From: an uncultured Sphingobacteriales bacterium
Lineage (GTDB): Bacteria; Bacteroidota; Bacteroidia; Chitinophagales; Chitinophagaceae
Assembly (NCBI GenBank): GCA_963707255.1
Contig: CAVPPM010000023.1
Location: forward strand, 222,687 to 286,686
DNA length: 64,000 nucleotides
Reading direction: 5' to 3'
In this document: piece after piece, positions 21,401-32,193 of the stretch
Layout: each line of letters begins with the position of its first letter
Numbering within the stretch: the first letter of the stretch is position 1
The notes under the pieces: model-generated
Told to the model about the DNA's origin: nothing
The model's database searches: none
What the model saw: the letters and a program-made list of their open reading frames with translations, nothing else
Translations under genes and position numbers: made by a program

Positions 21401-23234
21401 GAAAAAGCAAATTTCAACCTGGTATCAGAAAACCCTGGTTATGATTTTAAGGTCAGCGGAAATATCAATGTAAAGGATTCTTCGAACCGCACCATGGATA
21501 TTAATGCTGACATTCAATGAGACCCGTTTATCAATCCTTAAAAAATACCTCGCCGTTGTTTTTTCAGAGATGGATGGTGTTGCGCAGGGAAATCTCAGGT
21601 TGTCGGGCAGCTTAAATGCGCCAGACCTTACCGGTACCGTAAAAATCCTGGATGGCGGAGTGAAAGTGGACTACACACAGGTATACTATAAACTTGGAAA
21701 TCCGGTGATAACGTTCAGACCTGGCGTACTTGACATTGGTGACATTACGATCACTGACAAGTATGGCTATACCGGCACCGTCAGTGGAACGCTGAGACAC
21801 CGGTTGTTCAGGGATATGGTGTATAATTTCCGTGCATCATCCAAAGAACTGCTGGTGATGAACACCAATAAACTTAACAATGATGTTTTCTATGGAAGCG
21901 CCATAGCGAGACTGAATTTTGCTTTGACCGGACCGGAATCCGCTATGAAAATGACGGTTATCGGTGAGCCTGTGGATAGTTCACGGATTACCATTATGAC
22001 ATCGGGAGCTTCCCGTGAAAGTGATGAAGTGGATTACATTGTATGGAGACAGTATGGAAGGGAAATGAATGTGGATTCACTGGAAGGTTCGAAAACCAAC
22101 CTGTCTATCGACCTTGACCTGACGGCCAATACATTATTGAAAATGGCGGTTGTGTTGGATGAAGAAACGGGCGACAGTATTACTGCGTCAGGTGATGGCA
22201 GCATTAAGATCCTTACCGGCACTAATGAGACCATGGTCATGAATGGCCGGTACAATATTGATCGCGGTTATTACAATTTTAATTTTCAGCAGATATTCAA
22301 TAAACCGTTTACGCTGGAACAGGGATCTGGCAGTTATCTCAGCTGGACGGGAAATCCTTATGATGCAGAAATCAATGTAAATGCCACCTACCTCGCTGAA
22401 AAAGTGAGGATCAGTTCCTTGTTTGATGAATCCAATAAAAGCGGTGTGTCGAGTGTAAGTTCAGACGTAATGAATGAGATCAGTGATATCATTGTAAAGT
22501 GTAATCTATCGGGTACGTTAAGTGCACCTAATCCCACTTTTGAAATCGTGATACCGGCCAACAGTTCGGTAAAAAATAATCCGTCGGTCGACAATATGAT
22601 CAAAACGATCAACCGCGATCAGAATGAAGCGAGCAAACAATCGACATACCTTATTGTCTTCAAAAGTTTCGCACCGCAGGCGGCCATAGTTTCCACAGAT
22701 ATCAACCAGGAATTGATCAATAATACCATTTCAGGTGTGATCAACAGTATACTTTCCAACAGTGTACAGAATCTCTTTTATAAAATTTTCGGATCATCGG
22801 TGGATGTCAATTTTAATTATTCGAGAATGGCAGCCAGCTACCAGGATAATGCGGCTGCAACTACTTCCACCGACAGTTACCGGGAGAACGTGAGCCTTCA
22901 ATTCATCAAGTCGATGGTCAACAACCGCCTGATCATTTCTTTCGGCAGCGATTTTAATTTCAGTGCCACGGGTGCTGCTTCAGGCGCAGTGGCAACGCAA
23001 TCATTTTTATTTTTACCGGATGTGAATGTGGAATATAAAATCACTCCTGACGGCCGGTTCCGAACTTCCTTTTTTTACCGGAGCAGTTATGATGCGATGT
23101 CCACTTCCGGTCGCCGCGACCGCACCGGCGGCAACATTTCCTATCGCACAGAATTTGATCATATCTTCCGAAGCCGGAATAAAACGAACCCTGCAGCAGC
23201 AGCGGATTCTTCAAAATCTGATCCGGGAAAGTAA
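18425..23234 (+). CDS. tamB: TamB/AsmA-like translocation and assembly module protein; split by a probable +1 error near 21513
   Basis: N-terminal TM, long beta-taco-like repeats, C-terminal SW.GNPYDAEINVNATY and PDVNVEYKIT; track ORFs 18413-21520 and 21504-23234 join; start uncertain. Confidence 0.8.
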
Positions 23235-23236
23235 GG

Positions 23237-23260
23237 GTTGACGGTCAGTTGACGGCTAAA
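23237..23260 (+). repeat. GTTGACGG x2, heptamer-family element
   Basis: GTTGACGGTCAGTTGACGGC right after the tamB stop. Confidence 0.6.
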
Positions 23261-23585
23261 ACAACGCCATAATTATTGCAGTCTGGTCGCTTCAGATTTT
23301 TCGGAGAATCCGGCGCATAATGCTTTTTGTCCGGCAACTGCATCCACCAAGGCAAGGTTAATATCCAGGCAATATCGTTTAACCGTCAGGTCAAAAACGG
23401 TCAACGTATTTCAGGCGAACACACTAAACAAGAACTGACGAAACCTATCGATTTTACACCAAAGATGTCGACTGTATAATGGAAACCAAAAAATAGCGGA
23501 GCGAATCTTCACCAGACAAAGTGAATAAAAACGAATCTCTTTTAAATAATCAACGTGGCAAGAAGTGCTAAAATGTGTATTACCT

Positions 23586-23629
23586 CATTTGCATTTCCAC
23601 ATTCACCACATTCCCCAATTCCCACATTC
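23586..23629 (+). repeat. Degenerate 8-9 nt tandem repeat (CATTYCCA-like)
   Basis: CATTTCCA CATTCACCA CATTCCCC AATTCCCA CATTC directly after the ribBA stop. Confidence 0.7.
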
Positions 23630-24830
23630 TACATCGTGTGTCCCATCTTGTCCCTTTTTGTCTGCAGGTATTTCTCGTTATGAGAGTTAGGGGTGACCCA
23701 AATAGGAATGGAATCAACGATTTCCAGTCCGTACCCTTTTAGTGCAGCTCGTTTTTTGGGGTTATTGCTGATCAGTTTTAGTTTGGAAATATTCAGGAAC
23801 CTCAGGATCTGGGCTCCTACACCATAATCTCTTTTATCCATCGGAAAACCCAGGTGAAGGTTTGCCTCAACAGTATCCATTCCGCCTTCCTGTAGTTTGT
23901 ATGCTTTCAGTTTATTCAGCAGCCCGATACCCCGGCCCTCCTGGTTCATATACAAGACCACTCCCTTTCCTTCCTTTTCCACCATTTCCATCGCCTGATG
24001 CAATTGTTCGCCACAATCACAACGAAGCGAACCCAGGATATCACCGGTAAAACAAGACGAATGCACCCTTACCAGTACCGGTTCGTCTTTCTCCCAGCTT
24101 CCTTTCACCAGGGCCAGGTGTTCGCCGCTTTCAGGGCTGTTTCTTTCACGAAAAATATGAGGGTAAAATGACCATATTTGGTAGGCATATCCACTTTCAC
24201 GATTTCCTCGATCAGTGAATCTGTCTGCAGCCGGTATTCGATCAGGTCTTTAATGGAAATGATCTTCATATCCAGGTTCCTGGCCATTTCCGTAAGTTGA
24301 GGAAGCCGGGCCATGGAACCATCTTCATTCATGATTTCCACCAGCACGCCGGCGGGTTCAAAGCCGGCCAGTCGGGCCAGGTCAATGGCCGCTTCGGTAT
24401 GGCCGGATCGCCTTAAAACCCCGCCTCTTTTTGCCCTGAGCGGGAAAATATGACCGGGACGGCCCAATTCCGACGGTTTAGTCAACGGATCAATCAAGGC
24501 CTGGATGGTTTTGGAACGGTCATGCGCAGAAATTCCCGTGGTACAGCCATGCCCCAGAAGGTCAACAGAAACGGTAAAAGCCGTTTCATGAAGGGCAGTA
24601 TTATTATTCACCATTAGTTCGAGTCCCAGTTCATCGCACCGGTCTTCCAGCAGGGGAGCGCAAATCAGGCCCCGGCCATATTTACTCATGAAATTGATCA
24701 CTTCGGGAGTGGCATTTCGTGCAGCCGTAATAAAATCGCCCTCATTTTCGCGGTCTTCATCATCCACCACGATCACCATTTTACCATTCCCGATGGCTTT
24801 AATGGCATCACTGATACTGTCTAATGACAT
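23629..24830 (-). CDS. ribBA: Bifunctional DHBP synthase / GTP cyclohydrolase II; split by a probable -1 error at the A5 run 24151-24155
   Basis: [24 protein letters not shown]; VRVHS.C.TGD..GS.RCDCG.QL, QEGRGIG; adding one T gives [20 protein letters not shown]. Confidence 0.93.
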
Positions 24831-24850
24831 ACTTCCTGAAATTTAGTATG

Positions 24851-24858
24851 CAAAGGTA
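24851..24858 (-). promoter_or_regulatory. Bacteroidota -7 box (TACCTTTG) for ribBA
   Basis: TAnnTTTG 20 nt upstream of the ATG. Confidence 0.55.
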
Positions 24859-24972
24859 ATTATTCCGCCATCACAAGCATTATATACCTTTTTTGTACCC
24901 TGTGAACAAGATCTGCTCATCAGCAATAACCTAATGTTAATGCAATGTGAAAAGTCAAATGGTGAATTCCCT

Positions 24973-24980
24973 TAATTTTG
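24973..24980 (+). promoter_or_regulatory. Bacteroidota -7 box (TAATTTTG) for the TonB-dependent receptor
   Basis: TAnnTTTG upstream of the ATG at 25045. Confidence 0.5.
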
Positions 24981-25044
24981 CCTCGGTTTAAAAAATCTGG
25001 ATGACAGGTAAATAGATCCATTTGAAATTTAAAATTCACTTATA

Positions 25045-28000
25045 ATGAACAGGCTCATTAAATGTCTTGTTTTAGTAGCATTGGTGCTGGTTAGTTCAGG
25101 CAGTATCGCACAGGTTACGACCAGTAATATTGGGGGGGTTGTAAAGTCCACATCGGGCGAACTCCTTACCGGCGCTTCTGTAAAAGTAATACATGTCCCT
25201 ACTGGAACTGTAACTACTGCCAGGACCGCTGCCAATGGCAGGTACCTGGTTAATAATATTCAGCCGGGCGGACCATATCGCCTTGAAATTTCCTTTATTG
25301 GGTATAGTTCAGGATCAGTGGACGACGTTTTCCTGAATCTTGGGGAAACAGAGAAAGTGGATTTTGATCTTGCCCCCATTTCAAAACAATTAAATGAAGT
25401 GGTGGTCACTACCAGCAGAAGATCGCCTCCGATAGGCAAGGGCAGTGTGGAAACCTCCATTACACCCGACAGGATGGCAAACCTACCCACGGTGGGACGA
25501 AACCTTTCCGATTTCATACGTCTCACACCACAGGCAAAGACTACATTTGGCGGTGGTATATCCATTGCCGGCCAGAACAACCGCTACAATCAGATCATGT
25601 TTGATGGCGCCGTAAATAACGATGTATTTGGCTTGTCTGAGTCAGGTACAAATGGCGGCCAGACGGGATCATCCCCCATCAGTATCGATGCCATTGAATC
25701 TTTCCAGGTTGGGGTATCACCATATGATGTTGCCCTGGGTAATTTTACCGGTGGCACAATAAATGCCATTACCAAGAGCGGTACAAATAAATTCAAGGGA
25801 TCGGCCTACTGGATTAACCGGAACGAGAGTTTTGCCGGCAAAACACCCACCGGACCAAAAGAAAACGCCATCAGGCTTCCTGATTTCCAGGGTAATATTT
25901 TCGGGGCTACATTGGGTGGCCCGATCATCAAAAACAAATTGTTCTTCTTTGTCAGCGGTGAATTCCAAAGAGATGAAAGGCCACAGCCTTTTGATGCTTC
26001 CACCTTCCGGACCCCGCCCGGACAGGCCTTCAAAGATTCTGTTGACCTGATCTATTCAAAACTGGAATCCTATGGATATAATGCGGGAGACTATGTTAAT
26101 ATTCCCGACCTTTTGAACAGTGATAAGGTCGCTGCCAAACTTACCTGGAATATAAATAAAGTGCACCGTCTGAACGTATCCTACAGGTATACAAAATCAG
26201 AACGTTCCCTTACCACCGGAAGCACATCAACGAGGATCAACTTCTTTAATAATGGTTACCTCTTCCCGAGTACCACCAACTCAGCATCCGTGGAGCTGCT
26301 GAGTCGTTTCTCCAACAGGGTAAGCAATAAACTGTTATTGACATATACCAATGTTCTGGACGACAGGGATCCATTAGGCCAGGCATTTCCAAGGGTCACA
26401 CTGAATTCGGTCAATGGAACCAGTTATGTATTTGGTACCGAGAATTTCTCTACAGGTAACCAGCTCAAGCAGAATAATATCGCCCTTTTTGATGAATTCC
26501 TATACACTGCAGGAAACCACCAATTCAAATTCGGTGTTGATATGGAATACAGTAAATCATACAACCTCTTCATCAGGGACAATTTCGGGACATATACCTA
26601 TAACTTTGTGAACGATTGGCTCCAGGATTTACGTCCTGCGGCATATACCCGTTCATACTCCCTGGTTGATGACAAAATTGGCGATGGTAGCGCTGCCGGC
26701 ACGGAATTCAAAACCCTGAGGATGGGATTCTTTGCAGGTGACCAGTGGAATTTTTCAAACCAGTTTTCACTGAGTTTTGGTGTTCGTGTGGATAATTTCG
26801 AGTTCCTGACCACTCCCAACGTAGATACTTTTTTTAATAATAATGCCGTTCCTGTCATATCACAGTTTTGGGATATGCAGGGCGCCCGTTCAGGCCAGCG
26901 TCCACAGGCCCAGCTAAGTCTTTCCCCAAGGGTTGGATTTACCTATGAACCGGAACCCGGTCTTAAAATTCGTGGTGGTATCGGCGCATTCACAGGCCGT
27001 GTTCCGCTGGTATGGCCGGGCGGTGTATATAATAACACCGGCGTAAACGTGGGAGGTTTCAATGTCAACAATCCTAATATCACATTCCGCGAAGACCCAT
27101 ATGACCAGTATGATCCTACTGACGTTGGTCTGACCGTAAATCCTCCTTCCGGGCAGATAGACCTTATTGCCAAAGATTTCAAACTGCCTAAGGTATTAAA
27201 AGGATCAATCGGATTCGATAAAAGCCTGGGCAAAGGCTGGACATGGAAAGTGGACTTCCTGGCCCAGAAAAATATCAATGAGATCGTTTATTATAACCTG
27301 TATGCAGCACCTGCCTCAAAAAATGCATTAGGACAGGATGTATATCTCAGAATAAACGGTACATCAACTTCCTACAGCCGGTTTGATTTTAACTCTGCGG
27401 TTTCTGGAATACAAAACCCCTATTCAACAGGGATTTTCCTGATCGCTAATGGCGAGGGCAGTAAAGGATATACTTATAATTTCACTACAGCAATCGATAA
27501 GGCTTTTTCCAAAGGACTTGCCTTCAATTTCACTTATTCTTACGGAGACGCATACACGCTATTTGATGGTACAAGTTCACAGAACAATTCCCAGTGGCGT
27601 TTTGTGGAAGCCAAAAACGGACGCAATAATGTGTCACTGAGCCGCTCTGATTTCGGGCAGTTACACCGCTTTAATTCATATGTGTCCAAAAAATTCTCAT
27701 ACCTCAGTAAAAAACTGGCCACTACGGTCACTCTTTTCTATAATGGTCAGTCCGGCACACCATATTCTTATGTATATAGCCGCAGTATGATTTATGATCA
27801 GAACGGTGCCAATGGTGAATCAACCGACCTGATTTATATTCCAAGGGACCAGGCCGACTGGGCAAGGTTTGCAGAAGCATATACTACCGGAGGTGTTACC
27901 TATACCGTAGCCCAGCAATGGACAGCCCTGGATAAATTCATCAGCGGCGACAGTTACTTGAATTCCAGGAGGGGTGAATTTGCAGACAGGAATGGCGCTG

Positions 28001-28335
28001 TACTTCCATGGAGCCATGTTGTTGACTTGAAAGTGCAGCAGGATTTTGTGCTGGGTAAAGGAGATTACAAACATTCATTCTCCGTGATATTTGACATGTT
28101 TAACTTTACCAACTTCCTGAACCGTGAATGGGGACGTGTATATGTAACTCCAGGTGTGGATGCTTTCTCACTCATCAGTATGGAAGGATACAGGGTTACC
28201 GGCAGTACCCTGACGCCGAGGCTTACCTACAGGAATATGAATAACGCTCCGGCAGCAGATATTCTTGATGTTAGGGGAAGCAATTACCTTTCTACCCGCT
28301 GGAGGGGCCAGTTAACCCTGAGGTATTCATTCTAA
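25045..28335 (+). CDS. Oar-like TonB-dependent outer membrane receptor
   Basis: Signal peptide, carboxypeptidase-like N-domain, LNEVVV box, GQNNRYN..DGA.NND.FGL, INAITKSGTN, C-terminal LRYSF. Confidence 0.88.
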   Translation: MNRLIKCLVLVALVLVSSGSIAQVTTSNIGGVVKSTSGELLTGASVKVIHVPTGTVTTARTAANGRYLVNNIQPGGPYRLEISFIGYSSGSVDDVFLNLGETEKVDFDLAPISKQLNEVVVTTSRRSPPIGKGSVETSITPDRMANLPTVGRNLSDFIRLTPQAKTTFGGGISIAGQNNRYNQIMFDGAVNNDVFGLSESGTNGGQTGSSPISIDAIESFQVGVSPYDVALGNFTGGTINAITKSGTNKFKGSAYWINRNESFAGKTPTGPKENAIRLPDFQGNIFGATLGGPIIKNKLFFFVSGEFQRDERPQPFDASTFRTPPGQAFKDSVDLIYSKLESYGYNAGDYVNIPDLLNSDKVAAKLTWNINKVHRLNVSYRYTKSERSLTTGSTSTRINFFNNGYLFPSTTNSASVELLSRFSNRVSNKLLLTYTNVLDDRDPLGQAFPRVTLNSVNGTSYVFGTENFSTGNQLKQNNIALFDEFLYTAGNHQFKFGVDMEYSKSYNLFIRDNFGTYTYNFVNDWLQDLRPAAYTRSYSLVDDKIGDGSAAGTEFKTLRMGFFAGDQWNFSNQFSLSFGVRVDNFEFLTTPNVDTFFNNNAVPVISQFWDMQGARSGQRPQAQLSLSPRVGFTYEPEPGLKIRGGIGAFTGRVPLVWPGGVYNNTGVNVGGFNVNNPNITFREDPYDQYDPTDVGLTVNPPSGQIDLIAKDFKLPKVLKGSIGFDKSLGKGWTWKVDFLAQKNINEIVYYNLYAAPASKNALGQDVYLRINGTSTSYSRFDFNSAVSGIQNPYSTGIFLIANGEGSKGYTYNFTTAIDKAFSKGLAFNFTYSYGDAYTLFDGTSSQNNSQWRFVEAKNGRNNVSLSRSDFGQLHRFNSYVSKKFSYLSKKLATTVTLFYNGQSGTPYSYVYSRSMIYDQNGANGESTDLIYIPRDQADWARFAEAYTTGGVTYTVAQQWTALDKFISGDSYLNSRRGEFADRNGAVLPWSHVVDLKVQQDFVLGKGDYKHSFSVIFDMFNFTNFLNREWGRVYVTPGVDAFSLISMEGYRVTGSTLTPRLTYRNMNNAPAADILDVRGSNYLSTRWRGQLTLRYSF

Positions 28336-28355
28336 TACCTGATAGAACACATATT

Positions 28356-28389
28356 AAAAAGAGGCTCCTTTTGAAGGAGCCTCTTTTTT
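28356..28389. terminator. Bidirectional intrinsic terminator
   Basis: AAAAAGAGGCTCCTT-ttg-AAGGAGCCTCTTTTT. Confidence 0.9.
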
Positions 28390-28413
28390 GATATATTAAT
28401 AAAATTCTATTCT

Positions 28414-29235
28414 TTATTCTGCCGGTTTACGATCCGTTCCATAACACCAGTTCAGGAATACCTTCATCCCTCTTCCCCAGGTGGCCACGTCATGGCGGCC
28501 ATCTTCAAATTCCAGGTAAACGATATCTTTTTCCCTGTCATACCCCTTTTTCACCAGTTCTTCTATCAGTCCCATCGTATCATCAATGGAATCGATGATC
28601 CCGTTCTTATTTCTGTCGGCCGTTTCATCCAGCACACCAGTCTGGAAGAAGAACTTCAGCCAGGGGGCATAATTTCCTTCCCTGATACGCATATGCATGA
28701 TCCGGTCGGTTTCTTCCATATAGCCGTCGTCGAGCCCCACCTTTCGCCACCACAGTGATCCGCTGAAAACACCCACCCTGCTGAATTCCTGCGGATGTCC
28801 CCAAACGATGTCCAGTGCCATCAGACCTCCCAGGGAAAATCCGGCAAAGGCTTTATCCGTAAATGAATGCAATTGGTAATTGTTCCGGATAAAAGGAAGC
28901 AGTTCTTTCAGCACAAATTCCGTATACAAGCCTGCCTTTCCGCCCCTGCCTTTATAGTCGGGCAGTCCTGCCGTCCCATATTCCGTTTTACGGTCCTTTC
29001 CCGCATGGATAGCCGCAATAACAACCGGCCTGATGGCATTGTCGAGGTACAAATGGTCGAGAATATGCCGGAACCCCATACGTTCCATATCCTGTCCGTC
29101 ATTGACCAGTAACAGGCTCATGGAGGATGGATCCTTTATATCCACGGGAAGGTAGAAGTCTATAATTACGTCCCGGTGAAGATGCTGTGAATGGATGGTG
29201 TGCCTTTCTTCAATGATCGCGGTTTCTTTCGGCAT
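28414..29235 (-). CDS. Alpha/beta-hydrolase esterase (Fes/Esterase family)
   Basis: NDGQD, GFSLGG nucleophile elbow, FSGS.WW, GRHD; start at 29235 or 29241 preferred over the track start. Confidence 0.85.
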   Translation of the reverse strand: MPKETAIIEERHTIHSQHLHRDVIIDFYLPVDIKDPSSMSLLLVNDGQDMERMGFRHILDHLYLDNAIRPVVIAAIHAGKDRKTEYGTAGLPDYKGRGGKAGLYTEFVLKELLPFIRNNYQLHSFTDKAFAGFSLGGLMALDIVWGHPQEFSRVGVFSGSLWWRKVGLDDGYMEETDRIMHMRIREGNYAPWLKFFFQTGVLDETADRNKNGIIDSIDDTMGLIEELVKKGYDREKDIVYLEFEDGRHDVATWGRGMKVFLNWCYGTDRKPAE

Positions 29236-29247
29236 AAGCATAAGCTT

Positions 29248-29319
29248 CAAATATAAACCAGTGTTGAACAAATTATACTGCTGCTTTTTTGTTTTTTTGT
29301 TTCGATAAAAATATATTTG
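29248..29319. promoter_or_regulatory. Divergent pair of -7 boxes (TATATTTG on each strand)
   Basis: 29248-29255 (-) faces the esterase; 29312-29319 (+) faces the ATP-grasp gene. Confidence 0.5.
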
Positions 29320-29382
29320 GCTAATCCCGCCTGCAGGCCACCCTGCCCGGCCACTTTCCAGATCACTCAAAAAATAATTTCA

Positions 29383-30339
29383 ATGAAAAAGATCGGTGTC
29401 CTGTTTGGAAAAGAGCGCTCTTTCCCGGAAGCTTTTATTGAACGCGTAAACAGTAAAAATATTTCCGGGATTATAGCAGAACCCGTTCGTATTGATAAGG
29501 TTATGCAGGGAGAATCTTCCGGTTATGCTGTCATTATCGACAGGATTTCCCAGGATGTACCTTTTTACCGTGCGTTCCTCAAAAATGCAGCCATCAGCGG
29601 AACCGCGGTGATCAACAACCCTTTCTGGTGGAGTGCCGATGAAAAATTTTTCAATAATGCACTGGCTACAAAAATAGACGTGCCGGTTCCCAAAACCGTG
29701 ATTTTGCCTTCAAGGGATCTTCCCGATGATACTTCTGATGATTCGTTCAGTAACCTTGCTTATCCGCTCGACTGGAAAGGCATATTTGATTATGTTGGCT
29801 TTCCGGCCTATATGAAACCCTTTGCCGGCGGTGGATGGAAAAATGTTTACCGGCTGGAAAGTATGGATGATTTTTTCCAGAAACATACAGAAACCGGTCA
29901 GCTGGTGATGCTGCTGCAGGAAGAAATCGTCTTTGACCAATATTACCGTTGCTATTGCATCGGCGGAAAGCATGTACGAATCATGCCTTATGAGCCCCGC
30001 AATCCTCATCACCTGCGGTATGTTGCTGATTTTAGTCCCACCCCCGAGCTATTGCAAAAAATGGAATACATCGTATTGCGGATCAACGAATTCCTGGGAT
30101 ATGATTTCAATACCGTTGAACTGGCATTGCGCGACGGCGTTCCTTATGCCATTGACTTCTGCAATCCGGCACCTGATGCGGAAGTTAAAAGTGTAGGGCA
30201 GGAAAATTTCGACTGGGTGGTGGAAACGGCTGCGAATTATGCCATTGAAAGGGCGGAGAACCAGAAAGAAGGTATGGATAATCTGACCTGGGGTGAATAC
30301 ATCCGTCGCAGTGCCGATAAAACACCATTGTTTAGCTGA
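29383..30339 (+). CDS. ATP-grasp (RimK-like) ligase of unknown specificity
   Basis: IIDRIS, VINNP...DEK, VPKT, FPAYMKPFAGGG..NV, LLQEEI, ELA....IDF.NP. Confidence 0.8.
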   Translation: MKKIGVLFGKERSFPEAFIERVNSKNISGIIAEPVRIDKVMQGESSGYAVIIDRISQDVPFYRAFLKNAAISGTAVINNPFWWSADEKFFNNALATKIDVPVPKTVILPSRDLPDDTSDDSFSNLAYPLDWKGIFDYVGFPAYMKPFAGGGWKNVYRLESMDDFFQKHTETGQLVMLLQEEIVFDQYYRCYCIGGKHVRIMPYEPRNPHHLRYVADFSPTPELLQKMEYIVLRINEFLGYDFNTVELALRDGVPYAIDFCNPAPDAEVKSVGQENFDWVVETAANYAIERAENQKEGMDNLTWGEYIRRSADKTPLFS

Positions 30340-30380
30340 TCATCATTTGCTGGCTTATTAATCACCAACCGTTAATTACA

Positions 30381-31493
30381 ATGGGAAATTTCAGTTACAA
30401 ACATTTTACCCTCGGCGTTGAGGAAGAATATATGGTGATGGATCCCCAGACCAGGGAACTGAAAAGCCATGAGCAGAAGATTGTAACGGAAGGCCAGAAG
30501 ATCATCAGGGACAAGGTAAAGGCCGAAATGCACCAGGCCGTTGTGGAAGTGGGTACTGATATCTGCCAGGATATTGAAGAAGCCTATAAAGATGTTACCA
30601 CATTACGCAGAACCATTTCCGAAATAGCCGAAGGACTGGGCTTCAGGATGGGTGCTTCGGGCACGCATCCTTTCAGTCACTGGGAAAGCCAGCTGATTAC
30701 CGACCATGCGCGTTACCGGGAAATTGTGAATGAAATGCAGGAAGCCGCCCGGAGCAACCTCATCTTCGGACTGCATGTGCATGTGGGCATGCCGAACAAA
30801 GAAATGGCCGTACATATTGCCAATTCGGCCCGGTATTTTCTTCCCCACGTTTTTGCGTTGAGCACCAATTCTCCTTTCTGGGAAGGAAGGCTTACCGGCT
30901 TTAAATCTTTCCGAACAAAGGTATTTGACAAATTTCCACGTACAGGCATACCGGATTATTTCGATAGCTATAGCAGCTATGAGAATTATGTGAATATCCT
31001 GATCAAAACCAATTGCATTGATAATGCAAAAAAGATCTGGTGGGACCTCCGGGTGCATCCGTTCTTTGGCACGGTCGAATTCCGGATCTGCGATGTTCCG
31101 CTGACAGCAGATGATACCATTGCCATTGCCGCCATCTTCCAATGCATCTGTGCCAAACTATATAAGCTGCGATCAAAGAACCTCAACTTCATCATTTATC
31201 CCCGTCAACTGGTCAATGAAAACAAATGGAGGGCATCCAGGTATGGAATCGATGGGCAACTGATCGATTTTGGAAAGGAAGAAGAAGTCAATACCCGCGT
31301 GCTCATCTATGAACTCCTGGATTTTATTGATGATGTAGCCGATGATCTTGGCTGCAGGCCCGCTCTTCAAATGGTAAATAAAATTCTTGAAAAAGGTACC
31401 GGCGCAGACAGGCAGCTCAAAGTATTTGAAGAAACCAAAAACCTCGTAAGCGTAGCTGATTTCATTGGTAACCAATTCCTCGCAGGCCTCTGA
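30381..31493 (+). CDS. ybdK: Carboxylate-amine ligase, YbdK/GCS2 family
   Basis: TLGVEEEY, VVEVGT, SGTHPFS, FGLHVHVG, NSPFW.G, WWDLR.HP.FGTVEFRICD. Confidence 0.9.
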   Translation: MGNFSYKHFTLGVEEEYMVMDPQTRELKSHEQKIVTEGQKIIRDKVKAEMHQAVVEVGTDICQDIEEAYKDVTTLRRTISEIAEGLGFRMGASGTHPFSHWESQLITDHARYREIVNEMQEAARSNLIFGLHVHVGMPNKEMAVHIANSARYFLPHVFALSTNSPFWEGRLTGFKSFRTKVFDKFPRTGIPDYFDSYSSYENYVNILIKTNCIDNAKKIWWDLRVHPFFGTVEFRICDVPLTADDTIAIAAIFQCICAKLYKLRSKNLNFIIYPRQLVNENKWRASRYGIDGQLIDFGKEEEVNTRVLIYELLDFIDDVADDLGCRPALQMVNKILEKGTGADRQLKVFEETKNLVSVADFIGNQFLAGL

Positions 31494-31653
31494 TTTCCAG
31501 GTGGCATCATAATTGAAGTAAAGTAAGTTCCAACCTGCCCTTGTCTGCATTCAGGCAACGGATTATCTATTTACAGGATCAGAAAGAGAATGGCCAGCCA
31601 TTCATCCTTAAAGTAGTTCCGTCAACTTTATTAACCGGCTAAAACTGGATTTT

Positions 31654-32193
31654 CTGACTGAACGTGAATTAATCAAAGGATGTATCGCTGATGATACCAA
31701 ATGCCAGCATTTGCTTTTTGAAACATATGCGGGCAGGTTATTGACTATTTGCAGGCGTTATACTGCGGATAATAGTGAAGCGGAAGATGTGTTGCAGGAG
31801 GCGCTGGTGAAGATTTACAATAATCTGAACCAGTTTCGATTTGAATGCCCGCTGGAGGGATGGATGAGGCGGATAGTAGTGAATACCGCCATCCGGGCGT
31901 GCAAAAAGAAAAAAATACATTTCAGGGAAATACATGAAAATGTACTGGATAGTCATTCATTCAACCCCGCCATTTATGGGGAACTGGGCGAAGAAGAAAT
32001 CCTGAAAATCATAAATCAGCTTCCTGACGGTTATAAGATGGTGTTCAATCTGTATGTAATCGACGGATACTCACATGAGGAAATCGCTACTATGCTGGGC
32101 ATCCAGGAAGGTACATCCAGGTCACAACTGGCGAAGGCCCGACGCTTATTACAAAAACTTATATACGAACGAAACAAAGTAATGGTAGCATGA
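31654..32193 (+). CDS. ECF sigma-70 factor; frame open upstream of the track start, possible CTG start at 31654
   Basis: LTERELIKGC...Q..LFE.Y, AEDVLQE, EGWMRRIVVNT, LPDGYK.VFNLY.IDGYSHEEIA..LGI.EGTSRSQL.KAR. Confidence 0.88.
   Translation: MTERELIKGCIADDTKCQHLLFETYAGRLLTICRRYTADNSEAEDVLQEALVKIYNNLNQFRFECPLEGWMRRIVVNTAIRACKKKKIHFREIHENVLDSHSFNPAIYGELGEEEILKIINQLPDGYKMVFNLYVIDGYSHEEIATMLGIQEGTSRSQLAKARRLLQKLIYERNKVMVA

Noticed and set aside
23629-24830. Separate ribB and ribA genes, or a programmed frameshift
   Set aside because: One missing base in an A5 run restores the conserved EHLALVKG linker of fused RibBA; I saw no slippery heptamer
24831-25044. FMN riboswitch upstream of ribBA
   Set aside because: The -7 box is only 20 nt from the ATG and I saw no RFN consensus segments
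29236-29382. Overlapping N-termini of the esterase and ATP-grasp ORFs
   Set aside because: Better starts at 29235/29241 and 29383 leave a normal divergent promoter region
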